A DNA stretch of 64,000 nucleotides from a virus. The translations under genes and the position numbers were made by a program. The stretch covers positions 39,352 through 103,351 of the IMG/VR virus record IMGVR_UViG_3300020221_000005, one strand, 5' to 3'. The notes beneath the pieces are model-generated. The model searched no databases, had not been told where the DNA came from, and saw nothing but the letters and a program-made list of their open reading frames with translations. This document shows positions 8,756-17,800 of the stretch, piece by piece (positions within the stretch are counted from its first letter, which is position 1; each line of letters opens with the position of its first letter).

Positions 8756-9577
8756 ATGCCTACATATACAAATTTACCATCAACGCCAAGTTTACCATCG
8801 ATACCAAGTTTACCATCGATACCAAGTTTACCATCGATACCAAGTTTACCATCGATACCAAGTTTACCATCGATACCAAGTTTACCATCGATACCAAGTT
8901 TGCCATCGATACCAAGTTTACCATCGATACCAAGTTTACCATCGATACCAAGTTTGCCATCGATACCCGAATTTAAGGTTCCTAACATATCAGGCAATCT
9001 CAAATCTATAGCAGATAAAATTGATATTTCTAAAATAAAAATACCCAACGTATCTAAACTTTTAAATTCATTACCTAGTGTTTCTATAAAATCTCCAATT
9101 CCACGATTGCCATCTTTTACGTTGCCAAAATTATCGGCAAAGTTACCAGTTTTGAAATTATCTATACCCAAACTACCTTCAATACCAAATTTACCATCGA
9201 TACCAAGTTTACCATCGATACCAGGTTTACCATCGATACCAGGTTTACCATCGATACCAAGTTTACCGCCGATACCAAGTTTACCGCCGATACCAAGTTT
9301 ACCGCCGATACCAAAAGTCAACTTGCCAAACTTTAATAAAATGAAAAATACGATAGCTTCAAATTTAAAATCTAAAATTCCTAAAATGATTAACAATTTT
9401 AAATTAAACTCTAGCTTGCCTTCGCTTCCGAGCTTGCCTTCGCTTCCGAGCTTGCCTTCGGTTCCGAGTTTGCCTTCGGTTCCGAGTTTGCCTTCGGTTC
9501 CGAGTTTGCCTTCGGTTCCGAGTTTGCCTTCGGTTCCGAGTTTGCCTTCGGTTCCGAACATCTCTAGAATTGTTTAA
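8756..9577 (+). CDS. Pro-Ser-(Leu/Ile/Val) tripeptide-repeat protein
   Basis: ATG 5 nt after the upstream stop; three blocks of 18-bp tandem repeats; proline periodicity persists in the non-repetitive Lys-rich parts. Confidence 0.7.
   Translation: MPTYTNLPSTPSLPSIPSLPSIPSLPSIPSLPSIPSLPSIPSLPSIPSLPSIPSLPSIPSLPSIPSLPSIPEFKVPNISGNLKSIADKIDISKIKIPNVSKLLNSLPSVSIKSPIPRLPSFTLPKLSAKLPVLKLSIPKLPSIPNLPSIPSLPSIPGLPSIPGLPSIPSLPPIPSLPPIPSLPPIPKVNLPNFNKMKNTIASNLKSKIPKMINNFKLNSSLPSLPSLPSLPSLPSVPSLPSVPSLPSVPSLPSVPSLPSVPSLPSVPNISRIV
8772..8968 (+). repeat. 18-bp tandem repeat (ccaagtttaccatcgata), about 10-11 copies; related blocks at about 9172-9313 and 9412-9556
   Basis: Directly visible; the third block encodes PSL/PSV with different codons (ccgagtttgccttcggtt). 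Confidence 0.95.
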
Positions 9578-9610
9578 TAGTTTATTTAAATAAGTTTATA
9601 TTTATAATAT

Positions 9611-10018
9611 ATGAATACTGAGACATTTAAGAAAATGATAAAAGAAACTGTAAATGAGGAATTAAAAGTTGTATTGCCGCAAATACTAAATGAGTTCTTT
9701 TCAAGAAACCTATCTTTACCTAAAAATAACGAGGGAAGTCTTAAAAAGATATTAGATGCTTCAAAAGGTGTAAAAGAAACAAAGACAAATTTAGAAAAAA
9801 AGACGTATATCAAAAATAATTCGGTGTTGAATGATATTTTGAATGAAACGGTTGTCAAAATTCCTAACGATAATGAAATATCTCCCATAACAAATTCCAC
9901 GCCGTCAGTCTTAAATAATACTGAAAACTTGCCTGATACGTTGTCTTCTGTTTTTACAAAAAATTACTCTTCTTTGTTAAAAGCTGTAGATGAGAAAGTC
10001 AAAGAAAAAAGATTATAA
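9611..10018 (+). CDS. hypothetical virion-associated protein
   Basis: MNTETFKKMIKETVNEE leader and LNDILNET motif; late motif at 9599. Confidence 0.75.
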   Translation: MNTETFKKMIKETVNEELKVVLPQILNEFFSRNLSLPKNNEGSLKKILDASKGVKETKTNLEKKTYIKNNSVLNDILNETVVKIPNDNEISPITNSTPSVLNNTENLPDTLSSVFTKNYSSLLKAVDEKVKEKRL

Positions 10019-10432
10019 ATGACTATAACTTCCTCATATTCTCCTATCGGATTAGAAGTGCCTTTTACAAGAGGTAATAATGGTTATTTTCAACAAACGT
10101 TCGATACTAACAGTCAAGTAAAACAAAATCTTTTAAATTTTTTAAAAACTAAAAAAGGAGAAAGACGAATGTTTCCTCAATTCGGCACTAAATTATATGA
10201 TGTAGCATTTGAACAAATTGATGAAACTACAATCGAAATAACAAAAAATATAATAAATGAAGAAATAAAATATTGGGTACCAGAGGTCACGATAGAGAAA
10301 ATTATAATTTCTGACAAATCTGATAGGGAAAATACTGACGGATATAAAATATACATTTCTTTAGATTTTATTATAAATAAAACTAATGAATCGGATAATT
10401 TAGTGTTGGAATTACAATCTAATAGAATTTAA
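10019..10432 (+). CDS. gp25: baseplate wedge subunit (gp25/GPW-like)
   Basis: QVKQNLLNFLKTKKGERRMFPQFGTKL...FE...IKYWVPEV signature. Confidence 0.9.
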   Translation: MTITSSYSPIGLEVPFTRGNNGYFQQTFDTNSQVKQNLLNFLKTKKGERRMFPQFGTKLYDVAFEQIDETTIEITKNIINEEIKYWVPEVTIEKIIISDKSDRENTDGYKIYISLDFIINKTNESDNLVLELQSNRI

Positions 10433-10434
10433 TT

Positions 10435-12399
10435 ATGGCAACTATATTAGATAAAAATTTTAAACCTCAGGCAAGAGAAGTAAAATATCTCGGTCGAGAT
10501 TTTAATCAAATTAAACAAAATTTAATAAATTTTGCAAAACAATATTATCCTAAATCGTATAAAGATTTTAGTGAAGCTTCTCCTGGAATGATGTTTATAG
10601 ACATGGCATCATATGTCGGAGACGTTCTTTCTTTTTATATTGATTATCAGTTCAAAGAAGGACTTATAGAATTTTCAGAAGAACGAAAGAATGTAATAAA
10701 TTTGGCAAAATATTTAGGATATACTACAAAACCATCTAAACCATCAATTACTACTTTAGATTTATACATGATCGCTCCAGCCAAAAGAAATTTGGACGGA
10801 AAGTTTTCGCCCGACGAAAGATACATGGTAAGTATTTCGGAGGGAATGGAGGTTGTTTCTTCGACAGGAGTTTCATTTTTAACAACCGACGAGGTGAATT
10901 TTTCTTTAAAAAGTGAACTTTTTCCTAGAACCGATGAAGTATTTTCTAGAAATGATGTCGGTGAGCCTGAATTTTATTTATTAAAAAAGTCTGTTCAAGC
11001 TTATAGTGGTAAAAAAATAACTAAATCTGTTATAGTGGGATCTGACGAACCAAATTTAAGAATTGAATTCACTGAGAATAATATTATTAAAATTTTAAAT
11101 GTAAAAGATGCGGATAATAATACGTGGTATCAAGTAGATTATCTGGCTCAGGATTTAATTTCGTTATCGGTTGAAAATAACCAATACGATTTTGAAAAAT
11201 TTTCAAAGTTTAAATCTACCGTTCCTAATATTATAAGATTCTTACGGACCAATAGAAGATTTACAGTGAATGTAGATGAAAACAATAAAACGTTTTTACA
11301 ATTTGGTCCATCTACAGATAGTATAGAAGAAGAACTTTTGGTGCCAAATTCCGACAACATAGGAGTTGGTTTTTCAAATATAAGTAAATATAATTTGACA
11401 CTAGACCCTACTTCTTTTTTGAAGTCTAATGCATACGGATTGTCGCCGTTTAACACTACGTTAGAAATAACATATGTTGTTGGGGGTGGAATAGAATCTA
11501 ATGTAAACGTCGGCGATATTACAAAAGTAAGTAAAATAGAATTTATAGATTTACATGAATATTTACCGACCGAAGCGGCATTAATAGGCACTATAAAAAA
11601 TAGTTTAAAAGTTGAAAATTCAATTTCTGCTATAGGAGGTTCTGGACCCGAAACTATAGAAGAAATAAAAAATAATGCCATTTTTAATTTTGCTGCACAA
11701 GATAGAATAGTTACTAAAGAAGACTATATTGCTAGAGTTTTTAGTATGTCGCCTGAGTATGGAAAAATTGCTAAAGCATATGTTACAACGGAAAACGATT
11801 TATATACTAATAATACATCTTTTATTACAGGATTAATAGACAAAAATAATAACATAATTGTCGACGAAAAAAATAAAGATTTTAGAAAAATTAATTTAGA
11901 TGGTGTTAATCCGAATGCTATAAATTTATATGTATTAACATATAATGAAAATAAAAACTTAGAAGTAGCAAATGAAGCACTGACATACAATCTTAGAAAT
12001 TATCTATCTAGATATAGAATGTTATCTGATAGAATTAATATTATCGACGCGTTTATTATTAATATAGGAGTAAATTTTACATTGTTAACATATTCTAATT
12101 ATAATAAAAAAGAAGTATTAAATAACTGTATCGATGCAATAAAGAATTTTTTTAATATTGATTTGTGGCAAATTTCTCAACCAATAAATATAAATCAGTT
12201 GGAGTTGGAAATTGCAAAAATAGAAGGAGTTCAATCTGTGGCAGATATAGAGATTGTTAATATAATCGATTCCGGCTATTCAATTTGTGAATACGATTTG
12301 AAATCCGCCACTAAAAATAAAATAATATATCCTCCTATTGATCCTGCTATTTTTGAGATTAAAAATCCAGACATAGATATCAAGGGAAGGACATTATAA
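10435..12399 (+). CDS. gp6: baseplate wedge subunit (gp6/baseplate J-like)
   Basis: DFNQIKQNL, MASYVGDVLSFYID, LAKYLGY, GGSGPETIEEIK, QDRIVTKEDY. Confidence 0.9.
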   Translation: MATILDKNFKPQAREVKYLGRDFNQIKQNLINFAKQYYPKSYKDFSEASPGMMFIDMASYVGDVLSFYIDYQFKEGLIEFSEERKNVINLAKYLGYTTKPSKPSITTLDLYMIAPAKRNLDGKFSPDERYMVSISEGMEVVSSTGVSFLTTDEVNFSLKSELFPRTDEVFSRNDVGEPEFYLLKKSVQAYSGKKITKSVIVGSDEPNLRIEFTENNIIKILNVKDADNNTWYQVDYLAQDLISLSVENNQYDFEKFSKFKSTVPNIIRFLRTNRRFTVNVDENNKTFLQFGPSTDSIEEELLVPNSDNIGVGFSNISKYNLTLDPTSFLKSNAYGLSPFNTTLEITYVVGGGIESNVNVGDITKVSKIEFIDLHEYLPTEAALIGTIKNSLKVENSISAIGGSGPETIEEIKNNAIFNFAAQDRIVTKEDYIARVFSMSPEYGKIAKAYVTTENDLYTNNTSFITGLIDKNNNIIVDEKNKDFRKINLDGVNPNAINLYVLTYNENKNLEVANEALTYNLRNYLSRYRMLSDRINIIDAFIINIGVNFTLLTYSNYNKKEVLNNCIDAIKNFFNIDLWQISQPININQLELEIAKIEGVQSVADIEIVNIIDSGYSICEYDLKSATKNKIIYPPIDPAIFEIKNPDIDIKGRTL

Positions 12400-12686
12400 T
12401 GCATAAATTTATACATTGTTCTTCAGACTTTTTTATTTGGAATGATGGGGATTATATCTTGAAAAATTTTGGTCGAGACGAGATTTTAGAAGTTGAATCT
12501 GTTCATAGACCTATTAGAACATTTGTATATACCTCTTCAGCACAAATATCTTCTACGCGAGAACGAATAGGACTTTCTGTTTTAAATTTTTATGGATACA
12601 TTAACGGATGTATTACAGGATCCGGATTTGTTTCTGGAAGTGTATCTGGCAGTGGGATGTATATAGAGGATGTTCATACGTGTTAA
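12399..12686 (+). CDS. N-terminal-fragment-like structural protein A
   Basis: MHKFIHCSSD...KNFGRDEILEV; paralogous to the next ORF; TAATG coupling with gp6. Confidence 0.6.
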   Translation: MHKFIHCSSDFFIWNDGDYILKNFGRDEILEVESVHRPIRTFVYTSSAQISSTRERIGLSVLNFYGYINGCITGSGFVSGSVSGSGMYIEDVHTC

Positions 12687-12690
12687 ATAT

Positions 12691-13074
12691 ATGCACCATT
12701 TTATTTTTTGTAAAAAAGACACGCTTATATTAAACGATGAAGTTTTGTTTGATAAAAACTTTTCATTGGATAAATTTTTGGAAATTGGAGCGGTAAGCAA
12801 ATTGGATTTTAATTATGAAAAGTCTAATTTACAATCAATTTTTTCAAATAAATTAATTTCAGAAAATTTAATCAATTTTACTGGAAATTTTACAGGAAGT
12901 ATTCACTGTGCGTCTGGTTCCGTAAGTGGTATAATAAATTGTGTATCTATCAATCAACCCGGCGGAATTTGTGAGCCGGTTAATTCGGTTGACGATAATG
13001 GAAATATTATTGTCGATGAAAATGGTAATATAATTATACTTACTGGTCCTGAGGACTTCTATTATTTTCAATAA
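12691..13074 (+). CDS. N-terminal-fragment-like structural protein B (start better placed at ATG 12691)
   Basis: MHHFIFCKKD...KNFSLDKFLEI aligns with the previous ORF. Confidence 0.6.
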   Translation: MHHFIFCKKDTLILNDEVLFDKNFSLDKFLEIGAVSKLDFNYEKSNLQSIFSNKLISENLINFTGNFTGSIHCASGSVSGIINCVSINQPGGICEPVNSVDDNGNIIVDENGNIIILTGPEDFYYFQ

Positions 13075-13103
13075 AATATAGATTAAATTTTATACTTATA
13101 AAT

Positions 13104-14345
13104 ATGGCATTAACTTTTACAGTAGATAGTTTTACAGGCGTGACAGGAAGTGCGTGTGTTTCAGGAACTTTATCAGGTTCTTTTACAGGTTCTGCGTGTG
13201 GATACACTGGAAGTTTAGTAAATTTTTCAGGAATTCTTACAGGATATATTTCAGGAACTTATTATGAAGTTGTAAACAGATATTTGACAAGTTTTAAATC
13301 TTTTTTAAAAAGGTCTATTTTAAAATTTGATTTAAGTTCTATAAGTGCTTCTATTTCTTCAGGATATATATCTAACCCTCGATTTATTTTAAATTTAAAA
13401 ACTATTGAATCTACGGAGGTTCCGTTGGATTATAAAATCTATGCGTTCCCTATAAGTCAAAGTTGGGATATGGGAATAGGCACTTTTGCGGCAGGCGGTG
13501 GAAATTCAGGAGTCAATTGGAAATATAGAAAATATCCGGACACTTCAAGTGTTTGGTATTCAAATATTGATATGGAGTCGGATATTTCGGGAATAGATTA
13601 TTTAAACTCCGCTTCTACCGCACCATTTACTAAAGGTGGTGGAACATGGTATTATTCTGCGCCCACCGACATAGTTAATAATTCACAAAGTTTTTGTGCA
13701 AATATTTCTGGAGCTAGTTATATTTGTACACAGTCATTTGAATATTCAAAATCTGATATTCAATTGGATATAACAAAAATATGTCAAGCGTGGATATGTG
13801 GATGTATACCTAATGAGGGACTTATAATTTTAACTTCGGATGAGCTAAACCCCAAAGCAACTAGCAATTTAAAGTTTTTTAGCAGAGAAAGTAATACGAT
13901 ATACTCTCCATACATAGACGTCCAATGGTCGGATTTTACTTTTGACACAGGTAGTTTATCTCCTATCACATCTAGCTTGGGAATTTCGGTTTCAATAAAA
14001 GGATTAAGAAAAGAATATAAAGGCGGATCAAAAGTGAAATTTACCGTTTTTGCACGTGAACAAAATCCAAAAAAACAATTTACTTCTTTTCAAACTTCAT
14101 ATTTAACACCAAAATATTTACCGACATCTAGCTTCTATTCTATAAAAGATAATGAAAGCGAAGAATCAATTATTGATTTTGATACTTATACTAAGTTAAG
14201 TTGCGACGAAAATGGAAATTATTTTTACTTAGATACCACGGGACTTCCGCAAGAAAGATATTACAGAATATTAATAAAAACTGAACTTTCTGACGGATCG
14301 ATTCAGATATTCGATAACGGAGACATTTTTAAAATTGTGAGATGA
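13104..14345 (+). CDS. virion structural protein with DNRLRE/CBM96-like jelly-roll core and Ig-like C-terminal domain
   Basis: RSILKFDLS, YAFPISQSWDMGIG, LDITKI...W, NEGLII, FFSRESNTIYSPYIDVQW; late-like motif TACTTATA at 13093. Confidence 0.6.
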   Translation: MALTFTVDSFTGVTGSACVSGTLSGSFTGSACGYTGSLVNFSGILTGYISGTYYEVVNRYLTSFKSFLKRSILKFDLSSISASISSGYISNPRFILNLKTIESTEVPLDYKIYAFPISQSWDMGIGTFAAGGGNSGVNWKYRKYPDTSSVWYSNIDMESDISGIDYLNSASTAPFTKGGGTWYYSAPTDIVNNSQSFCANISGASYICTQSFEYSKSDIQLDITKICQAWICGCIPNEGLIILTSDELNPKATSNLKFFSRESNTIYSPYIDVQWSDFTFDTGSLSPITSSLGISVSIKGLRKEYKGGSKVKFTVFAREQNPKKQFTSFQTSYLTPKYLPTSSFYSIKDNESEESIIDFDTYTKLSCDENGNYFYLDTTGLPQERYYRILIKTELSDGSIQIFDNGDIFKIVR

Positions 14346-14346
14346 T

Positions 14347-14820
14347 ATGGCCGATATAAATAAATTTGGAAACGATATTCAAACGTTTAGAAACGGATTA
14401 TTGAATTATACGCATAGTTTTAATTCTGTGGATAATTTATTTTTTAAATCTAACTCCTCAAAATTAAACCAACAGTTTCTGAAAGTGGACATAAAAAATT
14501 TAGAATATGATAACAAAAAAATATTGAAATTTTTTCCTATAGAATTTGAAGAATTTGTCACACGTGAACAAACAGATTCATCGAACACTACTTTAGCTGC
14601 CCAAAATGAAAAAATTACTGATTTGGAAAATCAGGTTGTGGACTTACAAACCCAATTAGAAGTTGCAAATCAATCGACGGCGGAAAAAGATGCAAAAAAC
14701 GCAGAAAAACTAGCTATAAAAGATGTTATAATTGAATTAAGAATTTTAAACGGCGAAGGTAAAAGTGCAACGGATTTTAGCGAAGATTTTCCGTATGTTT
14801 CTTTAGAAACTCCAGAATAA
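14347..14820 (+). CDS. hypothetical coiled-coil structural protein
   Basis: Clean ORF in the baseplate operon with a heptad segment. Confidence 0.7.
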   Translation: MADINKFGNDIQTFRNGLLNYTHSFNSVDNLFFKSNSSKLNQQFLKVDIKNLEYDNKKILKFFPIEFEEFVTREQTDSSNTTLAAQNEKITDLENQVVDLQTQLEVANQSTAEKDAKNAEKLAIKDVIIELRILNGEGKSATDFSEDFPYVSLETPE

Positions 14821-14856
14821 TACCAAAAATATTAAATATATTTAATAGTTATTAAT

Positions 14857-17800
14857 ATGTTGAGTATTATTACACAGTCATCCGATAAAATCAATCAGAT
14901 AAGTTTTTTATCTCTAAAAGATTCGGAATTGTTATCTCTGAGTTCTTCTAGGGAATACTTCTTTGGAGAACAAGACACGGATTTAATTTCGGTGGGCATT
15001 TTTGATTCTCAAAAACAGTTGATTTCTTCAGGAGAAATAACGGGATCGTCATCTAACTTAAAGGTATATTATGATTATGAAGACGTCGATGGAAATATAT
15101 TTAAGGATTATTATTTTCCCATCAAATCAAATTTAATTCAAGATTTAAACAAAAATATATTGATTTCGATAGAAGATATTATAGATTCACAGTCTGTTAC
15201 AAATAATAATTTTTATCTATCGATTACGCCGACGTCTCCGTTTTTTTCTCAAAAAAATCCATTAATCATCAAAGAAATAAGTAATTCTAGAAAAGAAATA
15301 AAATTCATAAAAAACTTCGCAGATGAAAGTGTGATAAATGATATATCTGTTACGTTTAATGGTAATCAAATATTGCTTAATGGTAATCAAGAGATAAAAA
15401 TAAAAAAAGGAACCGTTTATAACTTAAATTTTACTAATCAAGATATAAATATAGTTAGATTTAGTAAAACTAAAGATGGAAAATTTTTTAGTGGTGGTTC
15501 AGATTATGTTAAAAATATATTATATAAACAATCCACAAAACAAATTATTTTAGACGCTACGGAAGATATTCCCAACACTTTATTTGTATACAATAGAAAT
15601 TTTAAAGATAATAACGCCATTATACAGTTTGAAGGAGAAGTTGATAGTAAAATTTTTAAATTAAATACCGAATTTTTAGCGTTAGAACAAAAAAGTTTTA
15701 TAAATAAAAAATTATGCAGCGAGTTTGAATATTATTTGAATTCATTTAGTTTATCAGAGATTTTTTCAAAAACAAAAGACAACTATGAAACTGAGATAAA
15801 TTCTTTGAAATTTTTATTTTCCTTAGTCGACGATGATGGTGTAATGGGAATACTACGTTCGATCTATTATGGAGAAAGTTATTATGATGCTACATTAAGA
15901 AAACAAAAAAAATTATTAGGTATTAAAGACTATATAATAAATTATCTCAAATTTAATTACGAATTTATCAATACATTTGATTATACACGAACAATTTTTT
16001 CTAACATTAATAATTTTACCTGTAATAAAAGATTATTATTTTTTAATCCAAATGTTAACATATCAAAACAATCCAAACAACAGTATGTTGATTCTTTTAG
16101 ATATGTGTCAACTGTAATGTCAGAATTCTTAACATATGTAATAAATTCAATCGAATTACAATATTTATCAAAATTTAAATCGCCACTAAAAAATACAATA
16201 AAATTTAAAGAAAATGAATTATTTTTTATTTTGAATTCGAAAATTCAAAATGATGAGTTTTTAGTAAAATTAAAAGATCCTATTCCAGATAACTATAACG
16301 CAGGAGATTTTTGTGAAATTTCAAATAATTCATATACCCCCTTCTTTCAAATAATTAATTTTGAAACTGATTCGATTAAATCAACTATAAAACTGACTCG
16401 GCCAAATTTTAATATAGACATAAATGAGCCGTCAACTAGAACTATCGGTTCTCAATATTTTAATAATAACGAGTTAAAATTAAACAGAATTGATAACAAT
16501 AAAATTAACGCGGATAAAAAAATTAAAAATATAAATGTTGATTATACAAATTTTAGCAATTTTGTGGTGTTTTCTTCGGCAAATTTACGTATTAAAATAT
16601 TTCAAAATAAAATAATAAAAGAAACTTTGTTGGATGAAGAAAATCAAAAATTGAAATCGTTAGATTCCAGTGGATCATCCGTAAATGATAAATTTAACGT
16701 TCATAAAAAAATTGAAGACAATAATAAAGAGATCGATGAAATATATTCTGGATTTGATGGATACGAATCATATCTTTATAATACAAATAAATTTATATAT
16801 AATTCGACTTTAAAAAAGTTTACGGAATCTAAAACAAATAAATCTTCTTCCGATTTCGTGGATCAATTATTAAACGATTCAACGTATTATGATAAAAATA
16901 ATAGAGACTCACTCATAAATAATACTCCTGAATATGTCTACCTAAATGAAAATAATGACGAATACTTGAAGTTTTTAAGTATGATAGGACATACTTTTGA
17001 TAACATTTATTTATACATATCATCCATAGGGATTTATAAAAAAGTTGGTGAAGATTATTCGACGGGAATTTCATCCGATTTTATAAATCATATTCTTTCT
17101 AGCTTTGGGTTTGATACGCCTCCAAATGTAAGTGGGATATTAGAAAATGCATCGATTGAAGAATGTTATTTGGACAAATTTAAAAAGGCCGATTTAAAAA
17201 ATTCTATATCTTTAGATAAAAAAACTAAAATTATATGGAAAAGAATATTAAATAATTTACCATCGATTTACAAAACTAAAGGAACTGAAGAATGTCTTAG
17301 ACAGATATTTTCAATTTATGGAATACCAAATAATATGATTTTGGTAAAAGAATTTGGCGGCGGTTATACAAAAAATGAAATAAGTTCTTCATATTTGGTA
17401 GATGAAAAAGAGTATTTGTTGGAGTTTGTTGGTGGAGACGACGAGTATGTTGAAATTAAAAATTTAACTCCCTATAAATCTATAGATTTTAAACTTTTTA
17501 TTGATAAAGAAAAATATAAAAATTTAAACAGACTGATTGTTCCTATTCACGGAACTTTCAACGATCTCGGTGATCCGGTTTACTCTTTAGGGTTCATAAA
17601 ATTTACCGAGAAGTTAGGCAGTTTATACTTCATAATAAAAAACGAAAATTTCTTGCCTGTCGTGTATATAACCTCTCCATTTTATATGTTTAACGGAGAA
17701 GTAATGAACATTTTATTAAGAAAAAACGAGGCTTCAAAAAAATTTGAGCATCCTATAGATGAAAATATATTACCTATTCAGTATGATATAGTCATACATC

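Noticed and set aside
8653-9561. Minus-strand (GKL-GID)n collagen-like ORF
   Set aside because: Antisense consequence of the CC-rich Pro repeat; the + strand ORF fits the operon spacing and direction.
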